Assembly: GCA_964187785.1 (NCBI GenBank)
Contig: OZ076409.1
Span: forward strand, 35,528,001 to 35,588,000
DNA length: 60,000 bases
Direction: 5' to 3'
Origin: Amphiscolops sp. MND2022
Lineage: Eukaryota
Of the stretch, positions 13,150 through 24,143 are shown piece by piece (the stretch's first letter is position 1; each line of letters opens with the position of its first letter). The notes beneath the pieces were generated by a model that was given only the letters and a program-made list of their open reading frames with translations, was not told the origin of the DNA and searched no databases. Both the position numbers and the translations under genes were made by a program.

Positions 13150-13212
13150 GGAATCAATAGTCTGTAAGATTTGGGGTAACTTGGAAATTTTTCTAATAGG
13201 CTCAAGATGTTT

Positions 13213-13560
13213 TTAGTAACACAGTTTCGGGATTGATTCTGTCACCCATTTGCGAAGATCTCTGCCGATCCCTTCAAGAGTGTTGAGAAGATTGATATCA
13301 GACAAGTTGGGAGGATGTTCTTTAACCACCAGATTTTGATCTCCTGTTTCACACAACAGAATCACTGAGCGGATGCGTCTACATAAGTGTTCTAGAGCTG
13401 ACGATACACCGGAGTCTCTAAATTCAAATGGAAGATAGCTCCGTAGAAGCAGGGAAGCCAGTTTGTCAATTCTGGCAGAAGCAGACGATTCAGAGATCAC
13501 AGACACTTCATTGGCTCGATCGGTCACGTGCAATGCAGAAACCAGACAGCATTCTATGCC
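13213..13560 (-). CDS. SACS: Sacsin-like gene, terminal coding exon 4 (C-terminal part of HEPN-like domain)
   Basis: Acceptor ACATTGCAG|GGC at 13561-13562, phase 0 matching the exon 3 donor; reads GIECCLVSALH...LRKWVTESIPKLCY*, continuing the HEPN-like helix pattern begun in exon 3. Confidence 0.72.
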   Translation of the reverse strand, partial: GIECCLVSALHVTDRANEVSVISESSASARIDKLASLLLRSYLPFEFRDSGVSSALEHLCRRIRSVILLCETGDQNLVVKEHPPNLSDINLLNTLEGIGRDLRKWVTESIPKLCY

Positions 13561-13720
13561 CTGCAATGTGCAGCTAATGTTAATTTGGGCCATTCGTACA
13601 ATTGAAGTTCGATAGTTGATCCTGTATTCCACTAAGTAAATATTTTCAAATTGGCTGATTCTCAAATTTTGTCCTATAAAAAAGTAATCTAGACCGTCGC
13701 AGAAACACTATTGCTTTTTA

Positions 13721-14711
13721 TCCCAGGTTAACCCTAACAGCACTATCACGATTATCGACGCAATTTCATATCAACAGTGGGCCTCATACTACGATTCGTA
13801 CTACTGATCTCACAACGGAATGCATGTTTTCTCAAATTTCACATGGTGGAGTAAAGAAACGTAGCAGTGAAATTATGTTGCATAACTTATTCATTTCACT
13901 AAATTTTTCCAATTTTTCCAGACGCCTTTTACTTGCGCAATAATGCTTCGAATACTTCGGGCATAACATTGAATGATAATCAATGATTTTAAAAAGCTAA
14001 AAATGGCCAAAAATGGTCAAATCATATGAAACTTGCAAAGAGACAACGGCACTATCACTTGCAAAAATTTAACATACTGAACGAACTTTTGAAGAAGTAA
14101 TCGTTTAGACTCATTGGTTCGCCTTACCGTGTTGGGAACCACATTTTAGTTGGCTTTTTCAAAAATCATACTGTTACTTCGCAAGGTGGTGGTGTAAATC
14201 AAGTTTGAACTTGTTCTGATTTTTACAATGAATGGCTGGCGTGAACTGAGCATGGGCGGACACTGTATACCTTCAGTGAAATCTGACTCCTTCGTTGTTA
14301 AAAAAATGCAGTAACTGGTTGCATACGCAGAATATAATGAATGAAAAACGATCATGCAACGTTGGAACTCAGTTGATAAGCAAATAGCCAACCACAAGTG
14401 TGATGAAACTGGCTTTTGTCAATCAGTTTAACTCTTCAAACCTAATCTGTGTTAGAAAAGGGTTCGGTCAGATTGCAAGCTTGAGCTGAAGTGACGCATA
14501 CTGGCCTAGCAAGCAGCATTAGCTAATAGGTTTTTTCGTCAGTAGAGTGGGGGATAACCCTTTAAAGACACACGAAAATTATTTCATGTTACGATCGTAA
14601 AACCACATCACATTAATAGTAGTACGAATCGTGGCTAAGAGTTTCGCGTGATCGTAGCACGCTCATACTTGCTTTGTTGTTTGAAGACTTGCTTGAAGGA
14701 TCAACCCGGGA
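13721..14711. mobile_element. Old non-autonomous TIR DNA element filling most of intron 3
   Basis: Imperfect TIR TCCCAGGTTAACCCT / AGGATCAACCCGGGA flanked by TA; perfect subterminal inverted repeat ACGATTCGTACTACT (13791-13805) / AGTAGTACGAATCGT (14617-14631). Confidence 0.6.
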
Positions 14712-14851
14712 TACGTTTCTTGAATGAATGGATGTTACGCAAGTGTTTTGATTAGTACAAGAATGTTTCCAAAAGCCCTTACCCATTTTTTAAAATGGAT
14801 TTTTCTCTATTTCATGGTTAGATCCAATAGAAACAGAGAGATATGCACTAC

Positions 14852-17800
14852 CTTCAAATTCATTTCCACAGCCCAATGACGACAAGTGCTGTTATCTCGT
14901 GGGTTACTTTCAAGCAATTTTTTAGCAGTGTCGAAATGACGCACTGCTCTTCTGAGCCAAGCTTCCGCTTTGGTAGAGTTGCCAAACTTTTTAGCGACCT
15001 TGTCAGTTATATTCGGAATAGAAGTTAGTATACTGGGGAAAGCGAATCTTTGAACAGGGGGAGGTCTGACATCTACTGAAACATTGAACGGCAGACTTTG
15101 ATTGGAAATCTTCGTTTTGTTTTCCTCGTACTCGTTGTATTGTTTCTGCATCACTTCGTTACGTTTCAAGATATAATCAGCCACTTGGCGAATTTGCAAA
15201 ACATCGTAATTCGACGCTATTTCAGGTTCGGAATCTTCTGAACCACTGTTTTCTTTTTCATCGTCGTCTTCTTCTTTCTTGGGCGCTGTTTTAGGAGCCT
15301 GTTTGAGAAGCCCGTCAATTAGATTTGTGAACCTTCTTTCTTCTTCAGGGTACTTCTGCAACAGGGCACTGATGAGCCTCTCCCGACACTTCCTCACCTC
15401 TTCTTCATCTGCCCGCAATTGTGTGTCTTTGGTGTGCAGCATCGACTTCAGAATCTGCTCCACACGCAAAAAGTCACGATTTATTTCATCGTCACCGTTT
15501 GGTTCCTCCTCCCATGAACCAGTTGCGCCTGTTTTGGTATTAGAGCTTTTGAAAACAAAAATATCGACACCTTTTACGCTATGCCAAACTTCTTCCCTTC
15601 CAACATTCAACTCATACAAGCCAAAATCTGGCGGGGTTTCATCGGGCGTGGGCTCTTTTAGAGTTCCAACAACACGGGCAAACTTATAAGTAGCACTTTC
15701 ATCGTCGAGATTTCCGCTTTCTAACAAGGCAACCAAGACTGCAGTCTCAAGAACTTGGAAAGGTTTTTGATCTAGCAGAGCAAGTAGACCCGGAGGTACC
15801 TCGTCGCCAGGTTGATAGTTTACAGGAGCTGCAACTTCGTCCCCTGTAATCTCAGAGAGCCACTCTTGTCGCTTGTTGTCGGTGATACGTTCAAAAATTA
15901 AATCTTTTAGCTTCTTTGTTTCAGCGTCTTTTGAGCACAAAGGCATCAAAACACTGTCAATAATCTTGTTTTTTAAATCATCTTCGGATCCAATTGCGAT
16001 TGAGCCAAAAATCAGTTTGTCGTCTGTTTCCCAAACAGTCTGCGAGTCATCTATGAAAGGTTCGAAAGTGCCTGCTCGTTTACTTTTTCGTTCAAGTAAA
16101 ATCTTGTTGCAAAAGTGATACTCTTTTTCCCCAACTTTCCTTTTGATGTCTGTTGCAATTTTGATTTTCTCATCTGACTTTGCTTGAATGTAGATCAGGT
16201 ATCCAGCTAATACTTCATAGAATACTGGCGATGTCAAAGAATCTTTGAAACACTCGAGCCAATTTTCGGAAGTTTTATTTTCTTCACTGAAAGTATCATT
16301 CTCCAATGTAGTCTCAATCAATGACGACATACTTGTAACCCTATGGGACACCGCAAAGTTTCCTAAATGTTCTCGAATTTCCATTTTTTCTTTCGGGATA
16401 TGCAAAATGTACTTCTTATTCCATCGCTTGCGGCATTCAGAAGAAGCCTTTATGTCAACAAAGCAAAGATCTCTAGACAGTTGTAAAGCCATTTCCTCGC
16501 TTTGCGATAATAAGTAGAGCGGGATTCTGTCTGGGAGATCTTTGACACCTTCGGGGTGGTCAATGACATTCTGGAAAAAGAGTTCAACCATGTACTTCAT
16601 GGTCTCTTTAAAATTGGGATCTTTCTCCCCTTTCATAAAGTCGTCATATACTTTGGTGAGTGCGAGCTGTAGTTGTTTTAGAGTAACAGTGTACTCAGCA
16701 CCCAGATATTTTAGCTGCGGAATTATATCCATAAACTCCGAAGCAGGAGTATCAATATAGTTCCGCATCCCAGAAAATGCATCACGTGGAAGAGATACGC
16801 AAATCAGATTGGGGCTCATCAGATGTTTATTCTTCGTCAAGATACATTCGCATTTCGCAATCTTCGCTTTCATTTCCCCACTCGCAATTTTGGCTGGTGA
16901 AAAATATTTAATGCACTCCTTTATTTGAGAAATGAATGTTTTTTCAAGAGTATCCCGTGTCTTCTCGTCTTCTTTACTTTCTAAAGTCGCTTTCAGCAAA
17001 GTTGCCAGTTTTTCGAGGTTCGCGAAAACTAGACTTTCATCTGGTTTTCCTTTCAGAAGTATGGAATTGTCGGGTGCTGGCACAAACATATTCAGAACTT
17101 TCGCAACTTGACTGACTAATGGCAAATAATCGTGATGAAAAGCTCCTTTCAGGCTGACAGGCTTGCCATTGATATCCCAGAAAATCTCCAATCCAGCAAA
17201 GATCTCTAATGTTTCTTGTGACAGAATGCTTCCATCCTTTTGAGCTTCAAAGCTTGAGCCACAAACACTTTTTTTCAAAGCTCGCTTCAATAAACTCTTT
17301 GACTGTTGTTTCATCATATCATCAAATGAGCCTCTTTCAATGACTTTGTGGGCAAGCTCTTCGCAAAACCGGCGGAATTGTTTTTCTGTGATGACTTTTT
17401 GAACACCCAATGAATTCATGAGGAAGAAGAACTTGTTCATATACTCTTGAGGCACTAAGTAGTCGGAAGGGACGAATAAGCAATAAAGTTCTTGATCTGG
17501 TGAGTGTAACTCTTTAGGTTTTCTGACACAACCTTCAGATATCCGGACGAATGATGCGTTTGATAATGCCTGTGTTAAAGCATTTCGGGCTTCATCGGAA
17601 GATGCACTTTTTTTCAGTGATTGATAATAGGAGTTTAAAAACTCCAAATGCTTGTGAAGGTTTTGAGTCGACATAATTTCAAAGGCAAACGGAATTGCAA
17701 ACTCGATGTACAGTTGCTCGTCTTGTTGATGGATGACTCCCAGTTTTTTTTGGAACTTCTCATTGTAGGTTTTGAAGTAATAATAGCCCACTGAATCAGT

Positions 17801-20800
17801 CTTCTCAAGCAGCCCTTCTCTGGGAACGTTGTCATTGACGCAGAACTTCCGCTTGTCGGCCGGAAGAGACACATATTCATTCTTCAGGTTTGGATGAATC
17901 GGTAACTGAGAAAGAAGATCCACACAATTTCCTGATCCAAATAGTTCCTCTTTCTTTTCAACACAGTAGTCCAGAATCAATTGTCTATCATGTGAACTAA
18001 TTTGCTCGAAGTTGCCACGCATATAAACTTGATAGAGAACCTTCAGGACAAATTGTGGGTTAGACAGTCTTTCATCTTGATCTGGGATGAACGAGTGAGC
18101 AAAATTCAATGCTTTCAGCTCTCCTTTAAGTGGGTCTGAGCAAAAAGAGTAGATTGTGTCGATAGAACTGATATCTATAGAAGCCAAGCCAACTGTTATA
18201 GTTTCTCTACTCTTCAGAATTGCGCCACATTTGCTGATTGATATCAAAACAGTTTCGTTTTTGCTATTTCGACACGGCAGGAGAGACATATTCTTGAAAT
18301 CGTTCATTGACTGGTCAATTTCTTCTTTGCCCCTGGTTAATAGAAAGTGCCAAACATCAGCCAGCCACTTGTAATGATCTTCCGCCAATGGGATGTCAGC
18401 TCCAGTGCATAGATAAGGATAGAATTGTTTCATGTATATCAAAAAATCCTTTGTATCCATTCGCCTGAATGACCATGAATACCACAATCCATTTTCTACT
18501 TCAGAGTTTATAATAGAATGGCGGAGCATTGGGAAAATGACTTGAATTGTGCCAGTGCAAGAAAATAATAGGTTGGATTCATTTGATCTGTGTAGCACAT
18601 CGTCTAGGGTGAGAAAAATGGGGTAGTTTGCTAAACCCCCACTTTTAGCAGTGTTTCTGAAAAAATCAGGGTTTTCTTTCGCAGTCTCATCAAGAAGATA
18701 CAGTAAAGTATCCTGGTTTTTGACGACTGTTTCACCAATTGGACAAGGAGTTGAAATAACTTGAGGCAATACTCGAATAATTTGATCAGCCGAAAGAGCC
18801 TTTATATCGCACCCACAATTCCGCCAAAACTTTCCATACTTTTTGTCGAGTTGGGTAATTGGTAAGTTCAACTCAATCGCTAAAGTATACAGAGTTTGAT
18901 AATCTTTCTTTGAGAACTCGAAAACTTGGTTTGGCATAGCTAAGCTTTTCATTCTATCGTCTACATCAAGCACTGGAACAAAAGGCATCTGTTTGGCAGC
19001 TAAATGTCTGAATAGACCCTGGCATATGAGATGCGCCTCACAGCTGGAAGGAAATCGGGTTTGAGCACTTGAAGGTAGCAGCTTCATGAACTCCTTGTAA
19101 TTAGCTTTCTTTTTGATCAAGTTCTCAGCTGCTTGTAAAACGAAATCTGCGTAACATTCTCCAACAAGATTCTCCAGAACAAAAACATTCCATTTGTGCG
19201 AAGAATTGTTGTCCTCGAGTTTGATACTTCGTCGGGATTCATCCAATGAGAAGGGGCCATTCACAGCCACGGGGAGGCTGATTGCTTCAGACGAAGCAGA
19301 ATTTGGGAGAGGCAAATAGCAGTAAAGTTTGGGGTTAACCGCTTTGTTCGAAGGTGAATGATGAAACGCCACAGCAGCGTGAAGTTTTATGCAGCTCATC
19401 TTCCCAGAGCTTCCTAATTCGTTGCGAACAATGTCTGGGATGGGAGTTTCGGATCCAACATGTTCCATTATTGTCCATTTCTGCTGCTCTGGTTTTTCTT
19501 CCGGGCTTCCACCTGAAGAGTCATTCAACGTTACATTAAACAGCAACGACATGGGGGACCCAGTCTCCACTTTTCTGATTTTCTGTTTCCAAGTTTCGTG
19601 ATCACTCAAGTTTTTATCAGCAACTTCGCGAGTAACTTGGCGCAGCAAAAACTCAGTTCCATCAGCAGCAATGGTAAGAACTCTAACTTTTTTGATGTTC
19701 AAAAACAGAACAATTTGTTTCAAGGAGTTGCAAAATTTCTGAAAAATTTCGTGCATGTCTTTTGAAGTAGGACAGTAGCTCGATATTTGAGATCCTTTTT
19801 TACGCAAAGGCAGTCGAAACAGAGTTTTTGCATTCAGGACATCGTACTTTTGCAGCAAGAAACTTTCGAATGTGCCACTACGTCTCTTGACAAGCTCTGG
19901 AGATAAATCCAAGCATGCACCAGGGGTGGCACTTAAACCTGTGCGCTTGACTATTTGATAATCTGGATCTAGGAGGCAGAAAATTCCAGGGCCTTTTCCG
20001 TCCAATTGGGTCACAAAACAAGGAGTATCTGTGAATTTGTAAACGCAATTGAAACCAACTCCGTATTGGCCGATTTTGAGGACATCTTGAGCCTTGGAAC
20101 CCTCTCCTAGACATTGCAAGCCAGTGATGTCTTGTCTAGTGAAGGGTGCATTGTTGAATATTATTAAAGAGGGTCCTTGCAAACTCTCCCAACCCTCGTC
20201 AACTAGGTTCTCTGTCGTGAGATTCCGCTGATCAAAAATGAAATCACATTCAGTTGCTCCGGCGTCATCAGCGTTTTGCAGCATCTCTTTGAAAATATCA
20301 ACATCACTTGAATACTCTTCAACTATACCAGCTAAACGTTTTGTCAATTTCTCGTATTGCCCAAATGGTTTTAAAATGACATTGTTTGAGACGTGCTTCA
20401 GTTCTAGTTGTCGCAAAGTTTTAACATTCAAAGCTTTGGCCAAAGAAGGGGGAATGTCTTGATGGCAAAACTGGGCTTGAAATCCTGGTAAGCAATCAGT
20501 TTCTTCTCCAAAACACATATCCTCAGGAAACCCCATTTTGTATGCTGAAGTCGGAATGCAAACTGAGCCAGTAAACGTATCAGCTCCGAACCTCGTCAGA
20601 TACTTGAGAATATCGATTATTTCAGCAGCCATTTCAGGCGACACTGTTATGTTATTCATTTTGAAGAGAATTTGTGAGTAATCTTCAGGAGAAAACGCTC
20701 CGCGGCATCCCAACTTGCGAATGAGAAACTTTTCTACAGCCACTGACTTTCTCAGTTTCGGGTGAACTTTGTACAGATGACCCGTTAGACCTGGGCACGC

Positions 20801-22740
20801 ATAGACTGCCACGTCACGTGCCATTTTAACAACCCCAGAAGTGCTGGTTGGTATCAAGAGCTTGTCCTTAAAAGATTTTGGAATTTCATCTCGGTTGGTG
20901 ATGACTTTCTCTAGAAAGGTAAAAATGCTGATCAGCCTCTCAATTCTGTCATCCAAATTGGATAATTTCATAGTGAGGAGTGCATTTTTGAGAACAATGC
21001 TATTGTTTGGAATTCGCCACAGCTTCAATATCCGATCGATAACACCTTGACGTTTGATCCCGAGGCTCTCTAAACACACTGTAGTTTCAGAAAGACCTAC
21101 AATGGTTTCGCATTCACGTTTGTCGTAGCAATCTCGAGCATTGATCCATTTCAAAGACGATTTAGAACTTCCTTTGCATGGGATTTTCAAGAGCGTTGCC
21201 CATTCTTTGTGGTCAAATGACGGATTGTCTTCTAAATATTGAACAATTTGGCTAAACTCTTCAAGAATCTTTTCATCGCCAGATTTATTTTGCAATTGTT
21301 CGAAAAGTTTTGCGAATGCCCCTTTTGGTAAGTCATTTTTGGGCATTTGAAGGTAAAGGAGAATTCGAACTAATTCGGCCGAAAAGTTCATCAAAGGGCT
21401 AACCAAGCACTCTTTCAGGCATTGTGATATAGAAAAAGCATTTCCTTCAGGATTAATCAGCTCACAGGGTTTCTTCAAAGGCGCTGAGGTGTCTTGGCTC
21501 AGAATCCAAGGTCTAGATGTGAGTACATTTTTGTTAGCTTCGAGGCAATTAGTGTCACTGAGGACATATTGCAACACCGTTAAAACGGATGTTACATTCA
21601 CAGGAATCAATCGTGAAACCAGATTGGGCAAAACACTTGATAGTGTAGCAATTTTTGATCGGAGAAACGTTGGCTCAAACTTTTGCAAGACGTCTGTCAA
21701 AAAGCTTGGAATGTCTAGATATATGATATTCTGCTGGGAATCATAACAAGAGAAAAAATTGACGATTTCTGTGCGTACATTTGCAGGTAGTGAAGGTGAC
21801 ATGATTTTAACCCTTGGGTCTGCCATCGCAACTTTTCGTCTCCCAAAAACCTTCAATGAAAGCGAAGATACAAAAAGCTTGTAAAACTGTCTCACAACTA
21901 GATGAATGTTGGCCTCAGTCTTATATGTATTGGGGAAAAACTTCAACGTTTCACTCTCTGAGTGTGTTTCAGCAAAAACTGACAGAACATTGATCAGGGC
22001 TTCGGGAACTGCTTGTCCAAGAATGACGTTATTAAATCGACTATCATCTGCTTTGTCATCCATCGTTTGAATCTCGATTTGACGTCGTGATGACGTAATC
22101 GCGAAAGTGCCGTTGACCATAAAAGGAAGACCTGTATCAGGAGGCTGAGGAATTGGGAGGAAGCAGAAAAGCAGATGACTCATATTAGCAGGGGGGCCGT
22201 TAATGTTCAACGCCACAGCCCCCACACATCGGGTTTTGTCGGTTGAGCGCTCACCAGGAGCACACACTGAAACAACATAATCGCAAACAGACTCATTACA
22301 CTTGATTTCAACTCGATAAATTCGAGTGAACGCGTCATCTGATCCCTGTAACACCTGTGGGTAAGAGGCTGAGAATTGACCTCCACTTGGAAAAGGGAGC
22401 AAGCTTCGTTTATAGCAACAGTTTTCGTACACTTCCATCGTGTCAGCCCCATCCTCGAGGACGTACATGGTGAACTTTCCAACAAACTGAGTGAACAGCA
22501 GTAACAACTCGCCGTACTTTCTAGTCATCTCAAACAGCTCTCTCGCCTCGTCAACTGAATAAGGTTTGTCTTTTCTAATGGCACTTCTTGCGGCGTTTTC
22601 TGCAGTTCTCAGAGGCAATCTGAAAATTGTTCCGTGGTAGAAATCACCTTTCGTAACTTCCGATCTTTTGAATCCGAACAGATTGTCAAAAGGTGTCAAA
22701 TGAGGTTCCATTATGTTTCCCAAACGGTCAGAGAGGTCAC
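14852..22740 (-). CDS. SACS: Sacsin-like gene, giant exon 3 (7889 bp): rest of SRR1, complete SRR2, J-like segment, start of HEPN
   Basis: 2653-aa open frame with HGTIFRLPLR, FCFLPIP..TGLPFMVNGTF, FGQYEKLTKRL, FKEMLQNADDAGA, IGQYGVGFNCVY, TLFRLPLR, LPVAVNGPFSLD, AEAWLRRA; acceptor CATATTTAG|GT (phase 1) at 22741-22742; donor AAG|GTAGTG at 14851-14850. Confidence 0.93.
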
Positions 22741-23001
22741 CTAAATATGGAAACAAACTATTTTTCAATTGAGTGAAAATTTTTGAAAGTACATATTAAT
22801 TAAACAAGAGTTCCGCTGAACACCATTTACGCCGTGAATCACTTTAAAGGCGGCACGAGCATAACCAAGAAGCGTATTCCAAGATCAAAGTTCGAAAACT
22901 GCACAGCAAACCAAACATCGTAATTTTTGTTTTTTGGCACTTTCCTTTTTAGGTGTCAACTACCACAAAATTAGGTTCGTAGAATAAGTTGACGTAATTG
23001 A

Positions 23002-23245
23002 TTTTTTATTTTCCGCCCATATTTCATATGGGAAAGGAAAATATTTAAATCAAACGGGTTTTTTTACAAAATTTGCCAAGAATTATTGTTCACGTAATAT
23101 GAAGAAGTACATTCACAGAATTCAACTGAGATAAATTTAGTTCCATGCGATATGTATTTGTAAAGATTTTTGGACTTAAAACGATTTTGTTGCTCAAATG
23201 ATTTGGGGCGGAAAATATCCCGCTGGTCCGCGGGCGTCTTGTTTT
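23002..23245 (+). mobile_element. HINE/DINE-1-like element, family B, short copy
   Basis: 5' TTTTCCGCCC + partial inverted repeat (CATATTTCATATGGGAAAGGAAAA); 3' GGGCGGAAAA + hairpin CCCGC-TGGTCC-GCGGG + CGTCTTGTTTT. Confidence 0.8.
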
Positions 23246-24143
23246 AAATTGGTTTTGATTTTTTTTAAAAAAAATTGATTCTTTTTGAAGGTATAATTGT
23301 AGAAAAAGATCGTTTACAACACACTCGGCTGCTCAGCAGGTTTTTGCGAAGAAACATTCCAAAAAGTATATTTTCAATCAAACAAACGCGAGAAATGAAC
23401 TAAAAATGTTTCATTTTTTTGACAGTGTTATTCAATTTTTGTTTAATGTTTAGAACTTTTTTAGATGTGGATGTTTGGCTCTTTAGCATACGTTTTACCA
23501 GGAAAATAAATCTTTTCCGAAAAAATGCCTACATGAACCAAGAGTATCAAGAGTTTTCTGGCAGCTTTTAATCAACTTTAAAAACTTTACAAGAAAACAA
23601 AAAGCTACTCAGGCCGTTGAGAACACTTCTAAAGAAAGGCTTTGATTTATCTTTCAAAAAAATAAAACCATGATAAAAAGTGTCCGAGGCCTTTGTTTTT
23701 GGCGATTATAATGTAGTGGCTAAGGCATTAGGCCTTTGCTGGAATAATTTTTGCATTCCTTCAACTCACTATAGTTGTGCTGTGAATGGCTTCTCTTCTA
23801 CTAGCTGAGTTGTGTGGTCATCACAAAAAAAAGCTTTTGACCAAAACTATCGATGAAATGCGGAGTCAAATCTTTGTGATCTGCGAAACGTCATATCGAA
23901 ATCAAAGCTTCAAGCCGACCATCTTTTACAATTTTGCATATAAAGGTACCGCAGCGTGCTATGTAAGTTTCGGCAGTTTTTTTTTCTTCCACGTGATGGA
24001 TCATCACAACAAACATGCACTGAGCGACTGAAAAAAAGAAAATTTGACTTTTTGGGTTCATTTTAACTTTTTTAAAGCACGAATTTTGATTTCCATTGAA
24101 AACTTGCCTTGGAACTAGAGTTTTCGTTTTCCAACCCTATTTA

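Noticed and set aside
15279..21746. Plus-strand ORFs overlapping the giant exon
   Set aside because: Antisense shadows of a long coding frame, with no independent motifs.
14807..22768. Treating the 2653-aa ORF as a complete intronless or prokaryotic gene
   Set aside because: It begins at a TTG in the middle of the first ATPase domain; the missing N-terminal motifs are in phase-compatible exons at 35326-35662 and 42894-43034.
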